Origin: Raillietiella orientalis
Taxonomy: Eukaryota
NCBI GenBank assembly: GCA_036172245.1
Contig: JAYWIR010000036.1
Span: 1,798,001 to 1,862,000 of the forward strand
Reading direction: 5' to 3'
Length of the DNA stretch: 64,000 nucleotides
Both the position numbers and the translations under genes were made by a program. Position 1 is the first letter of the stretch; each line of letters starts with the position of its first letter. This document shows positions 24,990 through 38,399 of this stretch, piece by piece. The notes under the pieces were generated by a model, which worked only from the letters and a program-made list of their open reading frames with translations, did no database searches and was not told the origin of the DNA.

Positions 24990-27450
24990 GACTGTTGTCA
25001 GGGTGGGGAGCGGGAAAAGGCAAACTCCGACTCATCTGTCTGCGCGCGGGAGGGCCAAAAGTGGAAAGATTGAGCTTCACCGTGGCAACGGAGGCAGCCT
25101 GCCATCCTGGTGCTCACCTTGGCGAATTTCGGAGGCAAGAGCTCCCGCGACACAAGGTCGGCGGTATCAGCTGCCCCGAACGTGCTTTGAGCCAGCGCGG
25201 CAAAGATCCCTTCATTCCCATGCTCGGGTGTAGCGACAGCGCGTGACTTCGTTGCGTGGGTCATGCGGATCGGCGTCAAGCGCTCTTGGTGGGTCACCAG
25301 TAGATGGCGACAGTGGAAGTTTGCTGCTCCACACCTCGGCGCATAATTTCAATGAATCCATCCATGGCGCCTCGTGGTGGACTCGGGCTGTCGCCTCGCT
25401 CCACCGCGCGGGCCCGCGTTACGCAAGGGGAGAGTGTGTGTGTGTGTGGGGGGGCGCATCCTTCTTGAAACTACGCGGACCTCCGTGCACTCCTTCTGCC
25501 CCTGCGGGAGGGAGCTGCTTCGGCGAGAGGAGTCCGGGAGTAACCATGGCATCCGCAGGTAACGGGGCTGCTGTTTCCGCCGCCACCTTCCTCGCGCCAG
25601 ACTCATGAAGGGCTCCACCTCCGAGTTCCGGAGGGGTGAGAGTGCCTCCCGCTGGCTGCAGCCGCCGCGGAAGGACCACAAGCTCTCCTGGGGCGGCTAC
25701 AGCAGCATGCACGAGGACATCGGAAGGAGCACCCTCGAGGTGCTCCTTCCCATTCGCCACTCTCCCTCTCATCGCGGTGGCGAGCTCAGCGGAGCGTCCA
25801 GCATCCGCGAATCGGGAGTACGGGGTGCCCTTAGCCGGGATACGCGTCGCTTGCCGGCTTCTCACGCCGCGCAGTCTCCGAGAACCGATCGCCGCGCGGG
25901 ACCGAGGGACGGTTGCCAGGTGCTTTCGCCCTCTTCCTCGCTCTTCAGAGCCCGTCAGACCCCGGAGAAGCTTCCAGGGGATGCTTCTGCTCTGGAGAGG
26001 CGGTTCGCGGACCCTTTCGGTCCACGACTTCTCGTCCGATCCCCCTCTCGCGTCGTCCGTGCATCATCCTTTCCAGTTTTTTTCTTTTTTTTCTCGTCCT
26101 CAAGGAGTGCTGAAGAACTGTCCGCCTCCCTGAGAAGGGGGAGAGCTGAAAGAGAGCGCCCACGAAGCTACTCAACACCGTCCATGCCATCAGGGGTGCG
26201 TGTGGCTCTTTCAAGTTGTAGGTAGTGACTCCGGAGGGACCACCCTATGGAGTGCAGGAAGGCTCCAGAAAAGGGAGAAATGCTCCTAAGAGTGGAAGGA
26301 AATCCTCGTTCTGGTGGCCTCTGAAGGAAACCCTGACGGGAACCACTTCTTCCTTGTTCTTTCCAGAGGGACTCCCCGGTTTGTGGGAGCAGTGCGCTTC
26401 TTCACAATCTGGAGAGGTCTTAACTAACTCCATGGTGAGCGATAGAGGGTCTCTTCTCCCCACCGAGGAAAGGGGTCGCTTCCTTTTCGCAACCGGAGGG
26501 GAGCCCCCAAGGATTCCTTGATGTTCTGGAAGGATCCCAGAGGATCGACTTCCAATCCCAGCCCGTCAGCGGAGTCATCCGGCTTTCAGCAGTGACACCG
26601 CACCTGGATCCAACCAGCGCCGTCCTGCGGGGGGAACTCGGAACCCTCGACGCACCCCACGTTCTCGTCCCATCGAGCCTTCCTCCTGGGCAGAATTCGA
26701 ACCCGTGACGCACGGTGCAGCGCGCGCAGAGACCGTTGCAGCCACACGGTCGCCAACAGGGCTTTCAGAGGGAAGGGAAGATGTGGGTGGGGATTTCTTC
26801 GACATGGGAACGGAAGAGCGGAAGGCCGCAGCGACCTAGAACGAGCCGCACCTCCCTGAGTAATATAGACCTTGGAGCTTCCCCCGGCAACTTGGCCAGG
26901 TGGGGGCAGCAAAAGCAGCCTTGCGGAATTCTCCGTTGTCAAAATGTGGACGTCATCGAGGGTTGCAGGTCCTAGGGAGCAGCCGAAGAAGGGAAAATTA
27001 TAGGCTGCCGCCGATGTGCACCCACCTTCGTCAAGGAGGGGGCGTTTCTGGGAGTTCTATGGAAATCAGCACGTGAAAGGACCCCTCCATTCGAAAGGGC
27101 CTGCGGCGGATCAGAAAAGAGACTGGGCGGCTAAGGAGGAGCTCGCTGGAGCGAGGAGCGACACCTGGAAGGAGCTGCAAACCCCTCACGCGGCGGGCAT
27201 CTTCCAGGAAGGGGGTCTGGGATGGCTAAAGCAGTGTACGAAGCGCTGTTCTGGGCCCGCGCTCCGTGGAGCTGGCTGACACCTCCCTAGGGGGGTCGCC
27301 TCTTCAGAGAGTCAGGAAGCGCTCTTCTCCATTCGTGGAGCGCCCTCCAGGGAAAATGGAAAGCTTCCCTTGGAGCTTCTCTTCAGATGAGCTCTGCTAG
27401 ACCTGTGGAACCAGGGAAGTTTAGCTCCACATGCCCGACTCTGAACCAGG
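24990..27450 (+). mobile_element. Decayed Tx1/L1-like ORF2 interrupted by SINE copy D
   Basis: APE-like start (LICLRAGGPK, KVGGIS). After the SINE: EGREDVGGDFF, FWEFYG and AAKEELAGA (linker and RT start). Confidence 0.35.
26077..26762 (-). mobile_element. SINE-like element copy D (full length)
   Basis: Head GCCCTGTTGGCGACCGTGTGGCTGC...CACGGGTTCGAATTC, repeat array, tail GTTCTTCAGCACT followed by an A-rich tract. Confidence 0.85.
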
Positions 27451-27779
27451 ATTGGACAACGCCAAAGGTGGCGACCGGGCTGCAGACGAAGACGAAGATG
27501 GAGGTCCTGGAGGGAATGTTCGAAGGGAACGGGAATGTTTCCCGATGCAGTCCATGGTCCGCACCACCTTCTCCCTCTTCATAGCGAGCACCGTGACCAG
27601 AGGCACATCAACGCACCAGTGTAGGCGGCAAACGTCTTCCAAGAAGTCCCGCAGAGCGGAATCGGGATTATGAAATACTGCAGGATACCCGCTTGCTTGG
27701 ACGCACCGTCGCACCTTGAAGAAGATGGAATATGTTTCCCGAGTGAGAGAAATGCTCCTCAGAGACCGATGACCCCAGC

Positions 27780-28300
27780 TCAGGGGACAACCTTACAAGT
27801 GAATTGAATTTGATAGGCAAGAATAAGCATCCACATCACCGAGCAGGCGGTCTGGGACCAGTGCTCCCAGTATGGAGGAGTGAAGCATGTGGGATTTCGA
27901 AACCGCATGGGCAAGGTCTTCTCAAGGGGAAGGAATCGTCGGGATGTAGTTGTGCGAAGACTCCAAGGTCCTAAGAGCAGCGAACACCGACGCCCGCTCC
28001 CGGAAGGTTGTCTGCAAAAGTAGATGTTGAAATCCGATAGTGTCGAGGAAATCAATGTGCTCCAGCGAGCGACGGACTGGTAACGACCTTGGGGTAGGTG
28101 GACGATAGCCGTTGGCGGTGCTGCGAGGAGGAGGAAGAAGAATCCGAAGAGAAGATCAAGCTGCTGTTACACATGGAAGCAGCCTTCTGCTTTTGAAGAT
28201 CCGAAGAAATGGACCGGAAAAGTCCGCGAAGTCGAGGTGTTGGAGGATGCCCCGTTGCCAAGGTCTCCTCATGACAACCGCCGCCAAGAAGGTCCGAAAG
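27780..28300 (+). mobile_element. LINE ORF1-like remnant
   Basis: ISIHITEQAVWDQCSQYGGVKHV resembles the RRM-like motif (..L..YG.V..V) of Tx1/L1 ORF1. Confidence 0.35.
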
Positions 28301-28399
28301 TCTGGTTCTTCTTCCGTGAACGGAGAAAGCAGATTTCTTCCTCGACTGAAGAGTTCTAGATGCCCAAACTCTCTTCAACATTCCCCATAGTCCCCTCCA

Positions 28400-30000
28400 T
28401 GCAGCCTGGGAACGTAGTCAGTACGAGAGTGGTAAGGACGTGGTCCCCTGTTCCTCTCAAGAACCAACCGATTCACCTCCGATCGGGATCAGGTGGAGTT
28501 TCCTCCCGCTGTCGAAGACACGTCCACTCCGTGTCCACAGAGCTGCGCCAAGAACTCGCTGCGGTCGCGAAGGCGCCATTTCGCTACGTCTCCGTTGTGG
28601 TCTCGAGGAAGCCGCGCTCCGGCCTCCCCCCCGCAGCCTTGGAAGGTCGGAAAACGCGGGAGGGAAACCAAAACCCGACAGGCACGGGCTGGAGAAAGCT
28701 GCGCCCAGGGCTGCGAGACCTTTTAAGGACTCTGTGAAGATGCGAGCCGGTGGCTGCCGACGCACAGCGGCGACCCCGTAAGCATGGTGTGTATCCACTG
28801 CCTCGGGTTGCAGAGGATGCTGCCAGGAAGGTGGTAGAGACTCGCAAGCGACACCTAGAGACTCCACTCGCTCCAAGACTCTCCTCCAGATGCGACCTGT
28901 CCGGAAGGGCAGCCAGGTATGGTCTTTTCCCTGGGTCGCTGCACTCCTACCACGCCACTTCAATGCCATGGACTCGTGCAGGGATGACGTGTTCATAGTG
29001 AGATGAGACCTCCTGCACGTGCGACAGAAAGGTCCAGAAAGATCCCGGTCGTCCGAGGTGACATTGCCTGCCACAGAAATTGCCCATCTCTGGAGCAGCC
29101 TCACCTGCCACGCTCAAGAAAAGTAGGAAGCGAGGTGGGCGTGACCAGCACCATCAGCTCAGAGCCAGGAGCAGTCCGCGGCGCGGTTCCAGCGCCGCCT
29201 TATCCCTCCCGATCCACGCTTCTGTGGTCGCGGGATGGCTCCACTACGCTCAGTCGGAGGTCGCGTCACGAACGAATTGGGATGCTGCGCCCGGGTTGGC
29301 CGCCCGGTGGGTCGCGATCTTTTCGTTTCCTATGCCGCCTCGTACGGTCCTGAATACGGGGATGGTGGCAGGGACGCCGAAGACGGCGTCCGCCACTCTC
29401 ATCGAGCACAACCGAGCAGTGCTGGTCAAGAGTACCCGCCGGCGACCGTGTCAGATCAGCGTCGCGGCCTGCAGTCTTGGCGACGAGGGTTCTCCAATGC
29501 ATCCTGGGAACCTCAGCCAGGAGCGGCACCCCAGGTCTTGGGCAGCCGCTCGAGGCTCGCGACCTTAAGGAGAAGTCTTCCTGGATGGGGCCAGTAGTTC
29601 CAGAGAACGTGAAGCCGGGCAGCCATTCCACGCCTCCCTCCGGAGCGATGCTGCTCTTTTGGAGATGGCCTCTGCTCGGTCCCGCCGTCGTATTTCCCGG
29701 GGGCGCCCTTGCATGTCCAGGAGCCTCTGCAGCTCTCGGATGCTCCCCACTTCCCGCAGGGATTGCGCTTTCGAGCGGCATCTCTCCGGGGCGTCCCCGC
29801 GAAGGCTCTGTTGGTAGCATCCCTCGCTCTCCTGGACCGATCGGTCTTCCCACTGATCCGGAAGCCCACAGTGGCCTCGCCGCCGCACCGGGAACTTCCC
29901 GTGCAGCCATCACCTCCAGCATTTTTTTTCTCCCGGTTGCTGTGATGTTTCTTTTCCGAACGGGGGGGGAAACAGGCCGCATGGATCCATCGATCCACGT
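28400..30000 (+). mobile_element. Decayed Tx1-like ORF2, late RT to C-terminus
   Basis: Weak post-RT motifs (VYPLPRVAE) and a pyrimidine/T-rich 3' UTR-like end near 29910-29960. Confidence 0.3.
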
Positions 30001-30049
30001 GGTCTCTCTGTGGGAAAAGCTCAGGTGAGGACAAACAAAAGAAAATCGC

Positions 30050-31600
30050 CGACTCTCAGGCCAGCTGCACGGAAGGGAGGGCATAGGAAAGAGGGCAATA
30101 AATAAATGGAGGTGGTGGTGGAAGGGGCCGGGATTAAGGTCATACCCGCCGCGTCTTCTGCGACCTGCATGCGACGTCCTTCGAGGGCCTCTTTGCCACG
30201 TTCCTTGCCGCTGCGGAGTCGAGGCCTCCTCCTTCCTTGCTGGCTCCCCTCCTGCGCTTCCAGGGCACATCCATGTTCCGATGATCCTCCCGGTGCAGCA
30301 CGGAATGGGGTGATCGGGGAAGCGGGAGACGGAGGCCCCTTCCCGCTCGAAGAGATGCCTCAGGGCCTCTTTCGACTTGACCAGGATGGCTCCGGGATGT
30401 TCCTTTGATAAAAAACAAACGAACAACTGGAAAAAGGAAGATTTCCGACGGGGATGACCACATCGGCACGGGGGTCTGCCACTGGGACAGTCCGGCGCGG
30501 TGGAGAAGAAGGCAATAAATAAATCAAGGAAGAGTGGGCGCACGGGTGGCTGGCCGTGGATTCAGCTCTTGGCTCAGAATCGACGCAGTACGCCGGAGGC
30601 CTCTCTGCGGACCTCTTCCTGTAGGCGGAGCCGCGTCGCAACCGCACTCACGGAGGAGGCGGCCGCCCCACGGGTGACCAGCCTCCACCGCGCCTACGCC
30701 TCCCAGACGTGGCAGCAGGGACGAGATGCGCGGACGCAGCCTATCGTTCTAGTTCACGGAGGGAGTCCTCCACTCCTGAAGAATCGGCACTTCAGCACGT
30801 CCTTGGCGGTGTCCTCCGGGTGCAGGGACTCTGAAGACGGTCTTTGCCGCGGCTGTCGTAGAGGGCGACGCAGTTTGCCGAGAGGTGCGGGAGTTCACTC
30901 GCACTGGGAGGAGTTCGGGGGCGCCGTTTCCCGAAACCAGGTGCGTGCGCTAGTCTCACCGGAATCCACAGAGCGATAGTGGTAGAGCCACCCATTTCCA
31001 TCGTAACAGGAACGCCGGAGTGTCCAGAAACAAAGGAGGGGCCAGAAGGGGGGACACCGTTGAAGTTGCCCTGCCGACGCAGTTCCTCCGCTTGGGGACG
31101 GCAGATGGCGCCGTTCGACCGCACGCGCTCGTGGTCCAGCTGCTGAGAGCTCGGGTCACTGCTGCTGCAGTCGCGCAGAAGAACTTCCGCCCCACTGGTG
31201 GGCAACTGCCGCTAATTTCGCCGAGGGAATGCAGAAGCGCCGAGGCAAGGGGTGTGGCGGCCAGTCGGTTTAGCCCTGCAGGGCATCTTCGAGAGCATTG
31301 CAGAGGAGAGTCTGCTGGGAACTGAGTTCTTCTGGGCACATATCCAGAGCCGAAGTCCAGGAGTGCCTTCTCGGATCGAAGTGCAGTAGCCTTGAGGCAC
31401 TTTCCGTGCACCTCGAAGGTCGCTGCATTCCAGCAGCGGGTACTCGAGAGCTTCCGGTTTTCCGTGGCTGCTACAGCTCGCCCGGAGATGCAGCCGCTGG
31501 TCGCACGGGAAACCCCGGTGCTGCCACCTCCTGAGGGGAGCTATCCAAGCAGAAAGGAAGGCTCATCGCTTCCTGTTCTGTCCGGCGGGGCAGTCCTTTA
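30050..31600 (-). mobile_element. Tx1-like ORF2 C-terminus with tandem 3' ends
   Basis: ELPHLSANCVAL (CCHC end) and RLQEEVRREASGVLRRF match SLPHLLSNCSAL and HLQEEVREEIAGIQRRF at ~40890-41200. Confidence 0.6.
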
Positions 31601-31619
31601 ATGGGCAATTGGTGTCGAC

Positions 31620-33300
31620 ACGTCGCCTAGCTGGCCGCTGGTCGACCAATTTCGTCGCCTCTGCCACGAGGTCACCCACCCTGCCTGCCAGTCTCTGTCA
31701 TTTCTGTCCGGCAGGGTAGACAACGCTGCAGATAGAGAGGGAAAGGGGGCGAGGGAAGGAAAGTGATAGTGCGTCTGGCTCCAGTTCTTCCTTCCGTTCT
31801 TTCCCGCTTTTTCCGGGGAGGCTGCTAACAGATTGTGGACGGCCATGTGCCAGAGCGATTAGCGCAAGTCCGCTCACTCCCCTGCCGTCTCCTGCCACAA
31901 GGCTCCGTGGCTTTAAGAGGCGCTTTCGTCCCTGCCACCGGCCATCGCGGTTCCTGGGTGCTCGGGATGCGGGGGAGCAGGAGCTTCCGCCCTCCTTCGG
32001 GGTGCGGGCACCTACAGGAGCGAGCGTCGCTGCTGCTGCCCACGCTCATCCGACTGGCCGGTCGCTGCTTCACCTCAAACGTGTTTCTTACTGGCTGATT
32101 TCACCGGCGGGCTCTCACCTGCGAGCGACCGTCGCCGATCGCAAGCGAAGGGGGCAGTGCGGCCGGGACAGGGAGGTCGTCCTCTTTGCATAAAGCATCA
32201 GGTGGTGCGCCGGCTACACCTGCGTCCAAAGCAAACGCGGAGCGCTGCCACTCCCCAAATCAATCTCACTGCACTGTCCTTGCAAAAGCGCCACTGCTGA
32301 CCAGAGGTCGTGAGGAGCAGGGACGGCCGTCGGTTCAATGAAGCAGCCGCGGCACGAGCGAGGCGGAGTTGACCTGTCTGCCACGCGGCGCCTGCGCTCG
32401 GCAGTCGCTGCGGGAGGTCGTGGGAAACCAACGGAACACCTTGTGGGCATCGTCTGCACCCCTTGCCTCAGTGCTGCCCTTTCTAAGATCAGGGGGCAAT
32501 CCGGAAAGGTGGGGAGGTCACCTGCTGCATTGCAGCAAAGAAAAATCTCTGCAGGTGTGTGGACAATTCAGACACCGACGGCTGCGACCCCGGGGCGTTC
32601 CAATCACAAGACTCACACGCGGGGACGAGCCACTCTGAATTCCTCTGGAGCACCGGAAGTGGCCTCCGGCGTGCTGGAACCGTCGCGCCCTTCTTCTCAA
32701 GTGCCAGGAGTTGGCGCTGCTGCCGCCGCTGCATTGGGGGATCCACCAATGCAAGACGCGCCTTCGCCACTGGACCGGGGGAGGATAAGCGCGAGGAAAG
32801 GGGGATCCTCCTGCACCTGCCTCTTGACACTGCTGCCTCCGGCCCCCGTGAGGACGTTTCTCGACGGCCCTTGGATCGTCCGGAGCGTCCCCAGAGACGT
32901 GTTCGAGAGCCTCCTCGTGCGTAGCAACCGTTCGCTAAGGGCAGGGAAGGGTGGCGGCCTGGAACGCCGCGAGGAGAGGCCAGCCCGACAGGGGCGCCAT
33001 CCACTGGACGGAAACTCCTTCTGAGGATTGCCGCGAGATGGCCCCACCTGAAAACCATAAGTGCCAGCTTGCCAGTATCCTCCAGGGGATCAACGGAACG
33101 CCGCGGGACAGGTAGTCATCCCTCCCCTCCCACCCACCCCACCAAACAAGCATTTTTATAACTTTTTTTATTTTCGTTTTGTTCCTCTCATCCCCCATGT
33201 CTTCGCACCGGGCCCCAAGTGGCTAGTGGGAGAGGACTATTTGCTTTCGTACGTGGAAGAACCACTTATTCTACCACACCAATGCAAATTGATTGTTTTT
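31620..33300 (+). mobile_element. Tx1-like ORF2, RT thumb to C-terminus and 3' UTR
   Basis: WVLGM (~KYLGI), IRLAGRCFTSNVF (~LSLxGR..xN), KRGALPLP (~GGLGLP), CRRCIGG, and GAGATGGCCCCACCTG similar to 41145-41158. Confidence 0.55.
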
Positions 33301-34099
33301 ATAATAAGTGCACCCGAAAATCCGGGTGAGAAACAAAGCGGCCAGACGTTCCAAGTTGCAGCCGACCACTCGATGCACCGCTTACGGGGAAAAGTTGCCG
33401 GTGGCCTTCAAGCCCAAGAAAAGAGCGCCATCGGATAGCGACGGCCCGCGGAAGGCAATCGCGCATTTGTGTCGAACAGGAGACCTACTCTGCACCACTC
33501 CTCAGTGCAACTGCCGAGTGGGTTTTCGTTCAAGAACCGAGACCCTTTCAGAAGGACGCGGGAGCTGTCGTGTGCCTTGAAACAACAACAACAAAAAAAA
33601 ATCAATGAAAGTCAGCACAAGGATGCGATGATCCCGGACGCCAAATTTCATAATCAGCAAACGGTCGCACGTGCACGTGGCGTTCCCAATGCAGATGCAA
33701 AGTTGTGCCACACCGAATCCTGCCTCAGGAAACGGTTGGGCCCTCCTGGGTTTAGTGAGGGAACGGGTCGCTCGAAACGCGCGTGCTTTGAAGATTATTG
33801 GTTGCCGAGTTGACCCTCGACGGAGATGCTTTCCTGAGTCCATTCCTTGCTCCTGCCCCACGCTCCCAGCGAATGCGCTTGAACGTCGTCGCAGGTTCCC
33901 GAGGTGTCGCGTCGCCAGCGTCCCGAGAAGGAATTTTCAGCCACGCGTCTAGGGACAGAGAGCGTACGACGGAGAAGCCGTCCCCGAGGAGCGAGAGCGG
34001 ACGAGCCGCCGTATCAAATAGCAACGATCTTAGATGCTATCGGCTATTTGAAATGGAAACGGACCGAGGTTTCGCTCTTATCTGCTGCTACGGCTGCTC

Positions 34100-37050
34100 C
34101 GAACGAGGCTGCTCGTCATCAGTAAACAAGGACCTTCAGTCCGATGCTTATTCGCAGCAGCCAAGCAAGTCTCGGTTCTGCTTGGTTCCACTGCCACGGG
34201 ATTCCACAACCGTAGGAGCAATTGCGGTCTCATCATGAAACCGAAAGCTGACAGGTAGTAATGAAATCTAATGGAGTGGGGCAGGAATTCTAGTCGAAAA
34301 CCATTATTCGACCTCATAGAGTATTCAACTCTTGATGAGTAATCACTTGTACGAGACACAGCGTGTGACTGCTCGAGGAAATGAGAAACACTTCCTACAT
34401 CTTCCTCCGGAAGCAAAAGTGCACGAGGGAGGATAATCAAGGTGAGGTGGCTCGAGTGGAGGAGGAGGTCTGGTTTCGTTAGACATCATCAGCTGCATAT
34501 GAATAAAGTGAAAGGCGGTGCAACGGAAGGGGTGCTCTGCAGTTTCATCGAATCGTCTAAAGAAAAAAACCCCAAGTTCTGTGGTGGGGGACACGGAATG
34601 GAGAATTGGCAAGGCACACGCTTGCCCCGAGGCGGCGAAGACGGGGAAATACGAGGGTTCTGAGAGTAGCCACGACATCCAGAGCCAGACCGACAATGCT
34701 CATAACCCTCGAATGCTCAGTAGCCGCTTTTCTGTGCCCTGATGCAAGGGTTACCAAGTGCAAGCAACCAGAAAGCATCTTTTATGCTACGTAAGTCCAA
34801 CGACTGTGGGAAGATTTCATGGAGAGTTTGACCGCGGAAGCGGTCAAAGCATCTTATATGGAACACGTACTAGAAAGGAAAAACGCTTGCAGCGTCTCGC
34901 ATGCCTGGCTGAAGGATTGGCATTTTAGACCAAAAACTCTTTCAAAGAATCACCGTTAATCACAATTGATCTCCTTATTGATAAACCGCATCGCAGAAAT
35001 TCTTGGCAGCCGGCTGCTCGAGACTCCGGAAATCCGTAGCGTTGTTACAGGAGAGGAGTTTAGGGGTCGGATCTTCAGAGAATCATCTTAGGAATTTGTT
35101 ACCCAGGGTTTCGATGTCTACGGATCTATTTTCCCACTTCAGGCAACTTTGTAGGGATCGGACTGGTTTGATCTTGGATACTGGACGTAGCGCTGTGGTT
35201 TCCAGATGGCTTGCGCCCGCTCGTCCGTTGCAACATTTACTTGGTCTTGGCCATCTCTGCAGCAGCTGCAACATAAGTTGCTGCAAATCCAATGCGGTTT
35301 CCGAAAATTAGCAAGAAAGAAAACACCTCATTGACTTTCTCTCGAGAGACTTCTGATCTTGGATTTCGGAATGCCTTATGGACAGGTCACCGCCCATTTC
35401 CTTTAAAGGGTGCATTTTCTCCTGGGCACCCGGGTAAGTTTATTGTGGAGAATGTAAATTTTGCCTATGAGCGTTCAGAATTTCCTTAGTGGCAGTGCCA
35501 CGCCACCACTTCCGCGTGTTCAGGAGGTGTCCCCCTGCGGTCGCCGGAAGAGGTGCGCACAGGGAAAGTCAAGGGGAGGGAAAGAAACAACCATAATGAA
35601 CAAAAAAAGGTTCCAAAACGTTTGGGAAGGAGTTAGGGGAAGGGATCGCAGATTGCTCCTCGGTGGCCTCTGAATCTTTTCAAGAATGCTGGCAAGTTCC
35701 TCCTGGTTGTGCCTCAGGTGTAGCCATTTCGCAGCGATCCTTAGAAACGGGAAGAAACCGAAGGAGGTGGCTTCTCGGTTATTCTGGCCTTTTGCCATCA
35801 AGGTTTCCATCCGCCACGACCCCACGGGCTCAGCGCGGAACTGCGATCGCTGCAGCAGGCGACATTCCGCCACGCGAGATCCACTCGAGTGGTCTTCTGG
35901 GAAAGTTCGTAAACGTGGTCAAACGTCCCCCTACACACCGGAGGGCAACGCGCTCCAAAGGCAGGTGCAACAGGGTTTCCCTTTCGCCGAGCCTGTCACA
36001 CTCTGAAGTCCCCCCCCTCCCCGTCCAGTGATGGGGGCGTGCGGAGAGCGGGATTACCCAATGCAGGAGTCGCAACGCGGAGTCCTGCTACTTCAGAGGA
36101 AGCACAGAGTTGTCGCAGAACACCGCGGCGACCTCCATTTTCTCCGACGGGATTCCAAGGGAATCCGTCCAGCGAAGTCCTTTGAGGAGGGCGACGGGGC
36201 TGGAAGCGTCAGCCAGTTGACGCGTGCCGTCCAACATCCCAACAGTTTCTTTTTCTGCGATCTCACAGTTCATTTCCCATCTTGCTGGCTGGTAACTATT
36301 CCTGGCTGTCCTGCAATGACGACAGCATCGCAGCAAGAGGGGTTTGCTGGGCCCGCAGGATTTTATGGATGCATGGTACTGCTATTATGAGATGCACAAA
36401 CTTCCCTCCACATGCTGCAGCTACGTTGATGTCTCTTTCACAATGAAGCGATTTGCATCAGCTGATTTGCGCGTTGGTGGAACTAAAAGTTTTGCTGCTT
36501 ATGACCATCTGAGCGACGGAATGCGTGAGAAGGATCAGAAGTGGTGGAGATGAAAAGCAAGATTCTCTCAGTTCTCCAGGACCAGAAATGCTACCTCATC
36601 GTTTTGAAAGGGAGGAAAGAAATCAACAAGAACTGATTAAATGGAATCACATTTTAGAGAAGAGGGTGTGAGATGAACGTAGTACGAAAAACCGCACCGA
36701 CTGCATCTTGCTGACCAAGCGCCGTGGTGTCCGAGTTGTCCGACTCTTGATACAAACAATACGAATACCATTATGGAATGTGGAGAAGGTGTCTGTGGAC
36801 AAATAAGCAATGATTATACAATTACAAGTGGAGTGTATAAAGCCAAACAGGTAGGACACGGATGAACTCCTATTTGTGATGGCCCAATGAGCAAGATCAA
36901 GAAGGCTAAAGGTTCTGCATCAATCACAATAAAAACTGCGGAAAAACGCGAATGCAACGAGACCACTCATTATTAATGGTCAGGGAGAAAAGGAAAGTTC
37001 TGGAAGATCAAATTCCAGGTGATGGGATCAGTGGTCTGAAAAGTGGACGG
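34100..37050 (+). mobile_element. Decayed APE-RT LINE ORF2
   Basis: SGAGILV (~GGVAIL), VVGD (~GDFN), FQECW, KSFAAYDH (~LAYADD) and WCPSCP..C (CCHC-like) occur in the expected order. Confidence 0.4.
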
Positions 37051-37809
37051 AAGCAATACGGGAGAAGTTACACGGAGAAAGTGCATGACCCAAACAGGGC
37101 CTATGGTTTTCGAAGGACCGTTCCGGCCGACCTGAATTTGAGGGATGACGGAGAAGGACGTTTCGCGGCAGTTCGTTCGGTTCGAGACTTCTTCTTCGAG
37201 ACAACTGGATGTTCCAGAGAACAAGCCCTTGAGGGCTAAGTACTCGAGAGCCGCTCGCGCAGGGGCTCACAAAGCTGTTCAACCCTTTGGGTACGGAGCT
37301 CATCAGATTGAAATGTCCCGAGTGGACGGCACGCGAGTCGCAGTTGGACGGTACGCGTTTTCGCGTGCTGCGTACTCGATAGAGGTCCCCATAAAGTGCT
37401 GATTAAAGTTTCTATGATCATCGTTTATGCACACCATATTAAATACAGTATTTCCATTCTCCACAAACATATATTAATTATTTAAAAATTATGATTATAA
37501 TTGCAACATCTTGCTGGCTCGCAATAAAATCAATGATTCATTCACATGGTTAAGGTATCACAAAGATAAAAAACAATATAATAAATTATGCACGACGCCG
37601 AGAACAAAGGAGAATCGTTAACCGATATATAAATAGAATTTTGTTTACTGTCGTTGCTAAGGGAATGATAAGAATGTATGCGTAGGCGTTCATCTCAAAT
37701 ATGGGTAGTTAACTCATGTTGCGTGTAGAAGGTCAAAATACTTGCCAAACGCATAGATGCGTTCATAGTCCACGCCGATAGTTTTCTCGGACGCATATGT
37801 GCGTCCATA

Positions 37810-38365
37810 GCACTCAAACGGCTAACGCTGTCCACGCCATCCAAAGGCGCGTGTTAGTTCTTCAAGTTAGAGGGACCACCCTATGAGTCTAGGAAGGTTC
37901 CCGAGGAAGGAGTCTGTTCCTCTTTTACTTTCGGTAGAGAACCCCGAAGGGAACCCTCACCCTGGTTGTCTCTGAAGTGACCTCCCGGAGTAGGTCATTC
38001 CTCATTTCTTACCCAGAGGGAACTCGCAAAGGAACCGCTCCCTGTTTACTTCTCTGAAGAGAACCCTGAAGGGAGCAGCGCACTCTTTGCACTCTGGAGA
38101 GGCGACCCCCGAGCGGGGTATCAACCAGCTCCACGGTACACGATGCACGGTCATCCCCCAAGGGAAGGGAGGGAACCATTTTTACAACCGGACGGGAACT
38201 TCGATCTCTCGAAGGACTCCTTGATTCCTGGAAGGATCCTGAAGGGTCAACTTCCGATCCTGGCCAGCCAACAGAGGCATCTGAGGATTCCGGCTTCCAT
38301 CGGTGCTGCATTTGAAGCCTGTAAACCGACCAGCGTCATCTTGTGGGGGAACTCGAAATCTACGA
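37810..38365 (-). mobile_element. SINE-like element copy E (lacks the first tRNA-like segment)
   Basis: Minus strand has CCCCACAAGATGACGCTGGT, GGAAGTTGACCCTTCAGGATCCTTCC, the array and AACTTGAAGAAC, as in the other copies. Confidence 0.8.
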
Positions 38366-38399
38366 AACACTCCCTCCATTTCTCTGAGTCGGCAGTAAA

